DNA of 58,282 bases, the filler included, from Sphacelaria rigidula (taxonomy: Eukaryota), in NCBI GenBank assembly GCA_964200075.2. It is 5 parts of 5 records of this genome, joined end to end, with 100 filler letters (N's around TTAATTAATTAA, not from the genome) between each part and the next. Parts side by side here need not be neighbours in the genome. Positions count along the whole stretch, not along the records: positions 1 to 11,579 come from CAXNAA020004755.1; positions 11,680 to 23,255 come from CAXNAA020004756.1; 3 more parts are not named here. One strand, given 5' to 3'. The first letter of the stretch is position 1; each line of letters starts with the position of its first letter. Positions 1-11,750 of the stretch are shown piece by piece. The translations under genes were made by a program, and so were the position numbers. The notes under the pieces were generated by a model. That model had not been told where the DNA came from. It did no database searches and saw only the letters and a list, made by a program, of their open reading frames with translations.

Positions 1-26
1 GTCATTGGGCACCGTCGCTGAAAGTG

Positions 27-100
27 TGGGGAAAGCACTGTTTTAGGCTTAAACCTCATCTCAAAGTTAAACCTCAATTCGCACAATTTGTTGTTACCTG
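27..100 (-). repeat. terminus of a dispersed repeat, also at 23182-23255 in opposite orientation
   Basis: TGGGGAAAGCACTGTTTTAGGCTT...GCACAATTTGTTGTTA is the near-exact reverse complement of 23182-23255; both copies lie at or near contig ends. Confidence 0.85.
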
Positions 101-401
101 CCAATTACAGGGGCGGGTAATTGTACGCAAAAAACTAGTAAAAGTGACAGAAAAAAATAGCGAGTGGCGGACTCTGAGCCTGTAGGCTGTACAAACGGTC
201 GAATATCGACATGGAACGGACAGTTCCGGAAGAGCAATCTATCCTGTCATGATACGAAATGGTCCCGGATGAGGATACGTTTGCAACCGATTATACCGCG
301 ACTGCAATAACAAATCATCAACACCGCTATGAACGACGCGGCCAGTGGTGGCCTTGTTGTAACTTATCAGTGACCAAAGTATAAATCATCGCGTCGCGTC
401 A

Positions 402-1975
402 CCCGTGACCCTCCTAGAAACGAGGTCGGTCACATGCAGCAGGACTCGCGCAAAAGAAGTAGGCCAAGTGTTCCAGACTCGAGGGTCAGGAACGTTTGAA
501 CACTCGTGGCGAAATTCCCGACATAGACGCAGAGATCAAGACCAAAACCAAAAAAGAATACAAAACCAGGGGCACGCTGGGCAACAGCGAAAACGATATA
601 TCCGCAACATAAAGTAGAAAACAACACGTGGCAACCGTCCTTGGAAACGGGAGCGGTTATCGTGTGTATGAAGCAAGCAGGGTCAACATTTTCAGCCAAG
701 AAGGTCGGAACATGTCAGGCAAATCCAAGGTAATCTAAATCTCAACGTGGTACGCATACAACAAAGGGGGGCACGTCACGACCGATCCCGAAGAGGGAGG
801 CGGTATGCGTGTACGGAGCGGTTGGGCAAGAGCGCAATGATTCCAGACGGGAAGGTCAGGTATATGCAGCGCTCGCTCCTAAAACTCTCAACCGAGAAGA
901 AATAAATAAATAATAAGGACAGCATATGACAAGAAGAAAAACAAGACACGTCATGACCGTTCCCGAAGAGGGAGGCGGCACTCGCGTGCGGAGCGATTAA
1001 ACAAGAGCGCAAATATTTCAAACGTGGGCGTCAGGTTTGGCTAGCGCTTGCTCCAGAAACTCTTCCATCAAACACCAAGACCATGTAATAAGCAAGCAAG
1101 AAAAAAAAGTGGAGAAATAAATATCTCGTGGCAACTGTTCCAGTAGACGGAATGGTTGTCAATGTACGGCGCGGAGGATGGAGATTCAAGGTTCCAGACT
1201 CGGGGTCAGGAATGGAACGGTCGCCACTTGTACTTTGCCAGATGAACCCAGACAAGAAAACTACCCATTGAACACAAGAAATCGAAAACAAAACACGAGG
1301 CGAAAAGAGAAGGAAAACAAAGACAAAAAACAAAGACAAAAAACAAATTAAAACAAATGACGCAAAGACAAAGAAAGCCGAAACACAAAATCAGGTCCGA
1401 AGTAACAAAAAACAAAACACAACACAAAAAAATACTAAATACTAAATACAAAATATACAAAAACTAAGATCAAATACCGATTACAAAATACAACATCAAC
1501 CACTACAAGTACCTGGCTACCCAGCACGAAAAGAAATGAGGGGGGGAGGGGGGGGGACACATGGTTTTCCAACGACGTGACAGTGCAAGACAAGCGACTC
1601 GAACGCGGTACACTACGCAAGGTAAACGGGGAAGCAGACTCAGATGCGGCATCATGAGTCATCTGCATCCCGCTACGTAATGCGCGATCATCATCCTTTT
1701 TGTCCTTGTTCGTGCTTGTGCTTGTGCTTGTGTTTGTGTTTGTCGTTATTTTGTTGTTATTGTTGTTTGTTGTTGTTGTTGGTGGTGGTGGTGGTGTTTT
1801 TTTGTTGTTATCGCCGCCCCCTTTCTTTCCTTCCTGAGGCGGTTTCTTTTGTCATTTTTCTGTCCCTTTCTTTCATTTTTGGTATTTTGTATTTGTTGAT
1901 ATTTTATTATACTTTTGCTGCTTCTTAATACGGGCTGGATTGTTGCAATCAGCTAACGTGAGATAATCAATAAAT
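402..1975 (-). repeat. long non-coding 3' region of the Gypsy element with internal degenerate duplications and simple repeats
   Basis: About 105-bp imperfect direct repeat at 782-888 and 957-1064; GTTCCAGACTCG.GGGTCAGGAA at 470 and 1191; A-rich tract 1270-1500; (TGTGCT)n and (GTT)n tracts 1705-1810. Confidence 0.6.
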
Positions 1976-1981
1976 CATCAA

Positions 1982-3995
1982 TCAATCCGAAGCGGTGTCC
2001 GTGTTCCGTAGAACGGCTGTTTCGAGTTCGCCTTGGTCGTGTTGTTGGAGGCACCAGGATCCCCTCCGAGCGGTCGGCTCCTCGGTGTAGTACGCATAAT
2101 CCAAGCGAATCTTAAGGGGGCTCGGGTCATCAAGGAAACGGATAAAGTAGGAGTGGTCAAATGCAGGATCGACCAAATGAATTTTACCCAACCACCACAG
2201 TGAATCCAAGGCGTCATACCAAAAATACGCTCCTTTCGGCAATCGTTTTCCGTGAAAACACTGCATGTATTGTGAACGCGAAAGAAGGCTATATCCTGTC
2301 ACAGCAAACCGCACTGAGTGTTCACGTGCCAGTTCCCGAGCGGCAGCTCCCTTGCGCATCGACCGATATCTCTTATTCAACGGGCGGTGTTGGGCGGTAT
2401 CCCCCACCCAGTACAGCAATATTCCCCGACGAAAATGGCGCAAATCAAGTTCACGCTCCCATGTAACACGCATGATACCCTTCCAATGTGTTTGATACAT
2501 TACCGCTATCTTACCTCCACGACCGCGAACCAGTTGATGAGCCGAAATCCTACTTACCTCTACGCGCTCCAGGAGTGCGTCCGTATCCTCGATCGTCATA
2601 TGATACGGCGGAGTTTTGATCGCATACTTGGTCAACACATACTGGCTATGTCCTACCGGCAGTTGTTTGGGCATGTCAGAGGAGTCATGAGGGGGGATGC
2701 ACGGTTTGCATCGTAGCATCGAGACACGATTTGTCGGTTTCAAGCCAGGTTCATCCGTGGGAAAATCTGAATACAAACGTTTCGCTCCCACCGGACTCTT
2801 GTCGGGTGCGGTAGCGCTTGGACCACCAGCTAAACTTTCCCAAGGACCAGTCCAATTCAGGGATAGTTTCGCCTTCAACACTTTGTCTGAAGACGATGAT
2901 TTCGAGCTAGCTCCTTGATTGATGGTCTTCACATCGTTATACACCCATGCCCATTGGCCTACCTTCCACACCGGGCGGTTATGTACTACATCATCCAACA
3001 TCGAGTTCGCCCTGGCCACCTTGGCCAAATTGATTTGGTTCTGTTCTCGTACCACTTCATACGCAAGACGAAGACGATTGCTAACCGACAAATGATACTC
3101 TGCAACATCACGATCCAGACTCTGATGTCCACCTGTATTTTTATGTTCGAATCCCGTAAAAGGTAACCTAGGCATGCATCCAATATGAATTTCATTCGGC
3201 GACAATCCCGTAGCGGCATTGACTGAATTGTTGTAGTTAATTTGGACAAGGGGCAGGTGCACATCCCAGTCCATCTGTCTCCCATTTGCTACAGCAGCAA
3301 GCATCTGCGCCATCGTATGGTTCACTCGTTCCGTTCCACCATTGGTAGAAGGGTGATATGAACTAGTAAAAATGCGATGGGCACCCAAAAGGTCACTGAC
3401 TGGCGGCTGAAAGTTTGCCTGAAAAATGCGGGCCGTTGTCAGACAGTAGGCGTTTGGGTACACCCCACAGTGAGATGTACATGTAGGCAAGAATGTTGGT
3501 GGTTCCTTTCGCGGTATGACTACTGGGGGGGACGGCGTGCATCACCACATGTCGACTAAATCTATCCGTAAACAACAGAATATACTTATTCCCACTATCC
3601 GTCAGGGGCAAAGGACCAACATCGTCCCACGAAACTACTTCCCCAGGCCCGTTTGGGAGTGGCATAGAAACAATCGGCCAACGAACTGTTTGACGAGAAG
3701 TTTTTCGCGCCTGACACAAAAGAGAACGCCTCACCCACCAACGACAACACTGATCCATACAAATCCACCAATAAAAACGTTCCCACACCTGGGAGGTCCT
3801 AATGGCGCCTGAATGAGTCGATACCTGTGAATGGCATTCGTGTAGAACCCATGGGCGCAGGAGCATCGGGACATAGATGCGGATGAGTTCATCACCTAGC
3901 AAGCTGGCATGTCGACTTGTTGGCTTCCCCCTGGGGAGGGCTGTTGTGGGCCGGCGAACTAACAGAACTATACCATCATCATTCGTATGTAGCAT
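1982..3995 (-). pseudogene. integrase (two frameshifted pieces, 3393-3995 and 1982-3490) with C-terminal chromodomain-like and Tudor-like modules
   Basis: HECH..HSG...ERFYWW...CQARK; WDDVGPLP, DRFSR, SDNGPHF; SYHPSTNGGTERVN; NWTGPW (GPY/F-like); VEVSRISAHQ...YQTHWKG..VTWE; YFWYDALDSLWWLGKI...YFIRFLDD. Confidence 0.93.
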
Positions 3996-4402
3996 ACCTT
4001 TCTTTGAAAGTTCAGTAACTTCATCCTGTGTGGGCGCTTTGAGATTCCCGACTGGCGAAAGGAATTCGGTTTCTGAGAATGGACATAGACAACCTTTACA
4101 TAGATAATGGATAGCTGATTTACAAGCAGCTTCTGCCTGTTGTTCCCGGGGTCAATCGGCGTGGGAGAAGCGAGTCGAACGTTCCTTGAATACACCATCT
4201 GTTGAAGCGTCTACTTCGTGAGGGGTTGGTTCGGGGCAGGGTGGGCACGAAGCGGTGATTTCGGAATCAAGGGTGAGCCTACCAGTTGGTGTACTCTCAG
4301 ACGGAACGTTAACTGCTACTCTTGCGTCGATTAGCGTGGAGGGTGCTGTGGTGGTGTTTGCAATATCATCACCACGGGAGGGAGGCACAGCCGTGGTTTC
4401 GG

Positions 4403-6376
4403 CTATGGTTGGCAGGGGCGGCACGGTCGGGGTCGATTTTCTGGGGCCTTGCGCCGCGGAGGCTGCGGGGGCGCAAGGAAACTATCGGGGACCGGAGTGG
4501 GGGCAGGGAGGGGAAGGTCAGGACCAGAAACGGCTAATTTGGTGGCCGTTTCGGCGGTTCGTCGTCCACGAGTCCTACTCGAAATCAAATCTCGATTTCG
4601 AACTGGGAAGACGGAGTCAGCAAAGGACGGTTCTACACCTGCTGCGAAAACCATGCGCTGGCCAGTTGCACGAAAATGATCATAGCCAACAGTATTCGTG
4701 GACAGTGCATTCCAAACTGAGTACAACGATTGAGGTTGCAAGCTGCCTAGAACTGATGTGTGGGCTGTTGTCGTCAGCCCACCCATGCCTAAAGCCGGCG
4801 TTTCTCTCAGTGAAAGTGGTGTGTAAAGACCTTTATGTCCATGCCTGCTTATGAAATATACAATGTCTTCGGTGGGATCGGTGATACGTCCCATGGGGGA
4901 TTCGTCGATAGGTTGAGCTGGTGTGGGCAAGCGTGACAGGAAGTCGGCGTTTGATTTCTGGGGACCTGTGCGGTACTTCAGTTGAAAGTGGTAAGACGAC
5001 AGGATTTCGAACCAGCGTTGGACCCTAGCGTTGTGTTCCGCCATTTTGGCAAGGCTTTCCAAAGACTTGTGGTCGGTATAAATCAAAAACGGGATGTCAT
5101 ACAAATACTGACGCAGACGTCGCACGCCCCAAACAACTGCGCCGACCTCTTGTTCCATGACAGACCAATTCTGTTCATTCGGAAAATTTGTGCGACTCAG
5201 ATAGACAATGGGACGCACAGTAGCATCGACTTGCTCCTGTTCCAATGTGCAGCCAAACCCAATTTTGGAAGAATCTGTGTGGAGCCGGAAAGGGCGGGAA
5301 CCCTGCTCCGCGGCCGACCAGTCGAGGAAGACGAGAATCGGCGGGCGCGAAAGGGTGTCAAAGAGGCGGCGGACTGTTTTTTCCATTTCCAATGTGAACA
5401 CAAATTTCACCCCTTTTTTGAGGAGGGTGGTGGGGGTTTTTAGCTTTTGGGCAAGGTTTGGCAAGTACTGTCTGTGGTAGCTTAGACCTCCCAACAAGGA
5501 ACGCAGTTGAGAAATGTCCCGTGGCATGGGCATATCGGAGAGCGCGGCGACCTTGTCGAGTTTTGGGCTACGACCTTCGGGGGTGATGCAATGACCCAAG
5601 AAGTCAATCTTCGTGGCGCCAATGCGGGATTTGGAGGGTGCGAGTTTCAGGTTGTGTTGTTCAAACCGATTGAAGAATGATGCCAACTGTTCGACGTGTT
5701 CAGCCGGCGTGGAGTCGTGGCACACCGCATCATCAAGGTGCATATGGCATTTGGGCAATCCATCAGTTACACGGAACATTACACGTTGAAACGCACCTGG
5801 AGCTCCGGCAGCACCTTGTGGTGTAACCAACCACTCGTACAAATCTGATGGCGTGCAAAACGATGTCATTTCAATGGAATTTGGATCCATCACGAGCTGG
5901 TGGTAGCCGGACTGCATGTCAAAGTTCGAAAATACTTTACCCCCGCCAAGAGAGTCAATAACTTCATCAATCCGCGGAAGTGGTAGCCGGGCGATTTTGG
6001 TGACAGCGTTCAATCGTTGGTAATTGACCGCCAGTCTGATTTTGCCATTCTGCTTACGGACGACTACTAAAGGCGAGGCCCACGGAGACGTCGCATGCCG
6101 AATCAAACTGGCGAATAAGTAACCATCGAGAATTACCTGGATCTTATCCGCAAAAAGGGGGCTCGTACGGTACGGGCGCATAGCAATAGGAGGAGTGCCA
6201 TCAGGAATCTTGATCTTAAACGGTGTCGTGGCACATCGACCTAGATACAAGGGTGCAGTAGAAAAGCGTTCAGAGTGTCCGATCAAGATGGATCTCAATC
6301 TATCGATTACAGTGGGTGTCCAACCATCGCCAGATAGATCAAAAAACAATGTGCCGTAAGTGAGGGGGAATGTCAT
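4403..6376 (-). pseudogene. reverse transcriptase + RNase H of Gypsy pol
   Basis: RPYR, SPWASPLVVV, FDMQSGYHQL, PQG, HLDD (YxDD with Y to H), FLGH, LRSLLGGLSY, HTDSSKIGFG, TDHKSL, NADFLSR. Confidence 0.95.
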
Positions 6377-6793
6377 CCCACAACTTTTGAAAACTGGCGC
6401 GTTGTTTTGAAGAACATCTATCCAGTAATGCAGTTAGGGGTTGAGGGTCAGGCGCATCTGGTGGATTTGTCACCACCATGGGGTCAAACATGTGTAGCGA
6501 AGTGGGGCCCGTGGATTTCGGGGGGTCGGTCGGCGAGTGGTTGTTCGCCGGGGGGCACACACCTGACAGGGCGGTTCGTATGAGAGGCGCTCGAGCATAA
6601 CCCAACAACTGACCGTTGAGTATATCGAAACATGCAGGGACGTGAGGTAGATGGCCTGTCTACCTTCGTGGACAAAGACTTCGGTCTGTTCAAACGGACC
6701 AACCTGTGCTTGGTCAGGTCTGAGCAACTCGACCAAATAATGTCCTGTGCGGACGGGCGATCCATTGCGTCTCACGAGGTTCACTTGAATTAG

Positions 6794-7435
6794 TCAGGGT
6801 TCACGAAAAAGCGAGATTACCGGTTCAACAACATAGTACAGGCGGAAAGCATTACCTGTTTGCGTGGGGTCATCCTCATAAGCATGAGCTTCCGAATCAG
6901 TGTCGAAGTGACCCAGTGACAGTTTGCCTGTGACTGGACGGTTCGGGACAGGTGTGTCCGTCGCATACGTATATGTGGAAAAACGAAGCCAACTATCTCG
7001 ACCCAACAAAACATCAAAAGACATGGAACCGTCGGGCACAATTAGTGCCCACACGGACAACCGAGCAGTGGGAGTAGTATGCTGGTAGAATTGTACACTT
7101 AGTCTCACCGATTGATTGACCGTAAGAGATGTGGAGGAACCAAAGCCACCGAAAACACGGGGGTGCACGGTGGACAGATAAGGCTCGTCCGCCGCGCCCG
7201 CGTTGATCATCTGTTGCCAGCAGCATGCTGTGATGAACGTTTGAGGCGAACCAGAGTCTTGTAGTGCAAGAGCTATCAAATGACAGGTTGCATGTGCTCC
7301 ACTATGTAATCCTATCTTGGTCGTAAAAGAAGCACCACCCAGAGTTACAGTTCCACTGACGAGATCGGGCCCGAATTCGGGTATGACATCTGACACATCC
7401 TGATTTGCGTTTTCAACGACGGTACTAAAATACAC
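6794..7435 (-). pseudogene. retroviral-type aspartic protease region of pol
   Basis: ALQDSGSPQTFI active-site motif (about 7244-7261) and downstream FDVLLGRD motif. Confidence 0.88.
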
Positions 7436-9058
7436 CCGTTGATGATCCTGTCGGACAAGCTTTTGGTCGAAAGGATGGTGCGTGCATGGAGTGTCAATGT
7501 TTGTGCCTGGAATATTTGTCTTATCAGTTCAGGGTTGAATCTCATATACTGCAACGGAGGGGCGATGCCGGGGAAGGGCAGTTGTCGTGGTTGGACCCGA
7601 CAACTGATCTGTGCGTGGTGTTTTGCCCTTATTGACCAACAGAGGGGGCGAATCGTCATTTTTCCAAGCGGAATCGATTACATTATCCAGCTTGGATAGA
7701 GGGGACGACTCATCGGGGCGCGGTGTTGAGTTTGATACGTCAATCAACTCAATACCATCACGGGGCCAACATGGGAGGTTTTGGAGACGATTCGTCTGGA
7801 CGCGGGGTTGGTAAAACCGTACTGTTCAACCCGGCGTCTATTAAAGAGGCCAACGTAGGCGAGTTAAGAGACGAGTCTTCTTGCGTAACACTTTGTTTGC
7901 CTGTGACGAACACACGATTGAGGTGCCTTCATGATCAGGATGCGAACGTCCATGAGTCGGCGAAGTCTCTGTCCCTACAGACGGCAACGCTTCATCGGAA
8001 ATGGGTTCTAACGTAGTGCACGCGGGGTGGTCAGGGTGAGGTAACGATCTGTTCGAAATCTGGGGAATACCGGCCTGTTTCACTCGAAGGTTTTCATCTG
8101 TCTGAGCCCACACGCACGCTCCTCCTTGGAGTTCACGTGCGCTTGCTACATCAGGGTTATCTACATTATCATCTGGAGTAGCCTGTCTCTGGTGACGCGT
8201 GTAGCGCACGAAAGGATCGGCGGCTCCTCCAGAAGCTATTGAAATGAGTTCTTGGGCAGTCGAACCTAGGTCACGCTCTTGGCGCACCACCTGAGTCGCT
8301 GTCACTTGGGGTTTCATTCCAACCCCCTGAGCGACGGAAAGCATAGGTTCTTTGTGGTTGCGACCCTTGAAAGAATAACTACGCTCATCCAATAAAGGGG
8401 AACCGGGTACCGTAGTGTTTGCGAAACTCGGTAGGGTGGTCAGCCGGGTACTTGAGCAGTTGGGGGGTGCTTGAGTGTGAGGCTTCGAATTTTGTGTTCT
8501 CCGATGAACAGTCTAAGCAGTAGTGTCTATCGTACCAGAAGATATTTCGGCTCCTGATGCGTGAGAAACTGCACTACATGACTTCCTCTCCTTCGAAAGG
8601 AGGGGATTCGATTGAATATGATTAGTACCTGATGAATGTAAAACTGGGTGATCAAATCCAGGGTTAAAACGTTGGGTCTGGTCACTGCTCAATTGATAGC
8701 CATGCAACGGTGCACGGGCTTCGACTGTCTTGGAACCCTTCAAGGCAGTGTTAGCATATCTAGGGAACCCACACCACATGGTTGAACCCGCGGTGGCCAC
8801 CGTTGATTCACGTGGGTGATGTTTGTGACCTGGCCGAGCGAAAGAAGATTGTTGGATACTTCTGCGGTGATTTACCGGCGAGCGTTGATTTTTAATTGTG
8901 GGGTTGTGCCAACGATTGGGGAACAAACGGTCGTCAGAAGTATAAAATGAACGGGCAGGTGGTGGCGCCCAGGTTTTTGGATTAGCCACACGTCCTGTTT
9001 TATCCCACTGATAGCTGCTCAGAAACGCGGGGGCTTGGTGAACGTTCCCAGAAAACGG

Positions 9059-11567
9059 TCAACTTGTGCGGTGAGCATCAGGGGTGGGTTGTTGGGCGTC
9101 TTCCTGGCGTGGGGGACCCGTAGGACTAGGTGTAATCATCAGTGGTGGTCGTCGTCCGTCTTGTGATTGTACCTGGTTCTGCGGTTGAGAGTTTGCCGGG
9201 TCAGACTGTGTTAGACGTGGCGCCGAGTCAGCGGGCCGCGTCTGGTAGTGCGCTGTTTGGTACTGCGGGTTTTGGTGGCGGAAATCGTTACCATAAAAGC
9301 GGTTACCCCGTCTAGGGCGGTTGTTTTGGCCTCGCGTGTCGCCGGATTGAGGGCGGCGGTAAGAACGCATACGAGCTTGCCAAGATGGCCAGCATGATGC
9401 ATATTGTGGATCGTGGAATATCTTATTCAAGATGCCGAATGCATTTACAAACGGTGCCTCGCAGGTGCGCATGGAGTGGATGGGAACTCCGCCGTCGGCG
9501 GAGTACCCAGTTTGTCCATCGAACCATATTCCGCAATTGAGACATTTGTCCTTACACTCACGGATACGCTCGTTACGCATGTTGGGGTCAACGTCGCGGG
9601 CCCAGAGGGGAGGGTCTTGGTTGTTCATGGAGGTGCTCACGTTGAACACCTCCGGCCAAATTTCGTTGGCGAAGGTCCAGCTTGGAAATCGACTAGCAAC
9701 GCATCTGGTACCTGCACCGGGGCGGTCATCATGACTTCCCCTGCTGAAGTCATTGAGACAGGTATCCACGCCGGCTGACTCGATTTCCTGCTGGATTGCG
9801 TTCGTGACGCAGTGGCAATTGGGGTGAGGAGAGGTTCCTGGCTAATTACTTGTGTACCGTGTTGGCTAATTGCCGAAGTGGCGCCGTCCTGTCTTACTCC
9901 TATCGACTCGACAGCCTGTGTCCGATCCGTACGCAACCCATCGAGTCGACTCCACTTTTCGTCGAGATTTGCAAATGCCACTGCTGCCGTAGCTGCATCA
10001 CCCACAAAAACACTCAGCATTAGGCTGGGGTACTGTCGCCCCGTACTGGAACGAAAGAGAGACATTACCATCTCGTTGATCGGGGCTAGATCACGCCCGC
10101 CATCCACGGTGACCGAAATTAGAGTGCGGAAGTCCTTCAAGTATTGATCGAAGAGAGTGTTCACGGGAACCTTGAAGGTGAGTAATCTCTCAATAAATTC
10201 CCCTTCGTAGCTGGTGTCAAGCGACGAGCTAAGCAACCGTAACAAAAGTGTGAACGCCTCGTTCCCACTGGCGCCCTTGTTGAGGGCCCGCGACACTTGG
10301 TCGAAGTGAGCGTCGAACATCGCGGTAATTTTGGAGGATTGCAAGGAGTTGAGGTAAATCGCCTGTTCTAGTGCCCGATGCAACGTGCGGCTCCACCCAC
10401 GGACCCACTCGCTGCTTTCGAAACTGACGAAATTCGGGTCGCGAATGGCAAGAATATCGCTCAATACATTCTTGAGCGATGACCTCAAGTGACTGCAATT
10501 GAGACTTGCGTTGGATCCTGCAATGAAAGGCAACCGGGGTTTGACCTTACCTACACTCTTGATGTTGAGTTCCAAATAAGCTCGTCGGATGCTGGGGGCG
10601 TCGCTGCGGGTTGTGTGGGGTAGTGCAGATTAAGTTTGTGCACGTGTCTCTTTGTTGGATACATCACTCTCCCTCTTTACTTCCACCAAAACCTGTTTCT
10701 TTTCGGCTTTGGCTGGCTTACCTCCCTCTCTCTCTTTCAAAAGGGAGTGACGTTGCTTGGCAATGGTGGAAGACAGAGGTAGAAAGTCGGAGAGTGTGTG
10801 TGCAGAAGGTCGGTTAGAGCGGATCTGGTCATTGTAGCGGGATGAACCGTGGCTGTCTGTGTCACTGTCGTCGGTATATTCGACGCGTGGGATTTGAAGC
10901 GCGCGGATTGTTTCCGAGTCCGCGTATGTTTGGTTTGAACGCTACCGCCGCTAACTGTACCTGTCTTTGTGCTCACAGTCTGTCATTCTGCGTCAACGCG
11001 CAGAGGGAGTTGTGCAATGCGTTGCCCATCAGCCTGAAAGTTCTGATCCCATGTGCCGCTTGCGTGTTCCAAGTTGTTTTGGGGTGGTTAAGAAAAAATC
11101 GTTTTGCGAATTTCCTCGACGTCACGGAACATGGTGATGAGGGGCTTGACATACTCATGTTGGATCTGCATTGTGGTGTGGTCGGGGTGGAGTTGAGATT
11201 GCACACATCTCACCACTCCCGCAAGTGTGACAGTCTCGCGGTTGTTGGCGAACCAGGCAAGCCGGCTATTGGCCTTCTCACGAATCGGGTCTGCTAGGTG
11301 ATGCGCCTGAAACGAGTAACGCACCAAGTCAGCTGGTTCGTCGACAAAAGACGCGAGAGGGAGAGTCGACAAGTGCACGATACTGGACAAATCTAGTGTA
11401 GACAGACCTGGGTCTTGCAAGCGTAATGGTGCAGGGGATGGTCCTCCATGAGTCGCGCCCTTTGCCGCCATGGCGTACGATAGGTTAGCGTGGGGAACGA
11501 TGTTGGTGCGTGGGGGGGGGGTGAGGGGGGGGGGGGGTTGTTGACGGGCGACTCCAGGCTGATACAT
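9059..11567 (-). pseudogene. gag-like ORF, fragmented (11088-11567, 10737-10976, 9637-10575, 9059-9769)
   Basis: Consecutive minus-strand ORF pieces upstream of pol; zinc knuckle CLNC...HSMRTC at 9461-9544 followed by an R/Q/N-rich tail. Confidence 0.8.
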
Positions 11568-11579
11568 GGCGGTGGGTCG

Positions 11580-11679
11580 NNNNNNNNNNNNNNNNNNNNN
11601 NNNNNNNNNNNNNNNNNNNNNNNTTAATTAATTAANNNNNNNNNNNNNNNNNNNNNNNNNNNNNNNNNNNNNNNNNNNN
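11580..11679. other. artificial contig linker 1
   Basis: 44 N + TTAATTAATTAA (stop in all six frames) + 44 N. Confidence 0.99.
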
Positions 11680-11750
11680 CCCCGGCTGATGCACCCACAT
11701 ATACTGAAAGGTGTAGACTGGTGCCCAGAATAAATGGGACGACGACACAC
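11680..11750 (+). mobile_element. 3' fragment of the tRNA-derived SINE
   Basis: CCCGGCTG..GCACCCACATATAC.GAAAGGTGTAGAC.GG.G.CCAGAATA matches the 3' part of the copies at 25108 and 41740. Confidence 0.8.

Larger units (their letters stand above)
1982..11567 (-). mobile_element. Ty3/Gypsy LTR retrotransposon internal region, decayed by stops and frameshifts; 5' end cut by the contig end
   Basis: Minus-strand domain order gag (CCHC knuckle), PR (LQDSGS), RT (PWASPLVVVRK, RLAVNYQRLN, HLDD), RNase H (TDSS, YTDHKSL), IN (HHCC remnant, SYHPSTNGGTER). RT-RH before IN is the Gypsy order. Confidence 0.96.

Noticed and set aside
1-401. Confirmed 3' LTR
   Set aside because: Only a weak PPT-like AGGAGGGTCACGGG-TG is visible and there is no second LTR to compare.
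1982-11567. Active autonomous retrotransposon
   Set aside because: Multiple stops and frameshifts, YxDD changed to HLDD, and a damaged HHCC motif.
11624-11635. TTAATTAATTAA recurring every 11676 bp as a biological periodic motif
   Set aside because: Always centred in 44+44 N; it is a synthetic six-frame stop linker.
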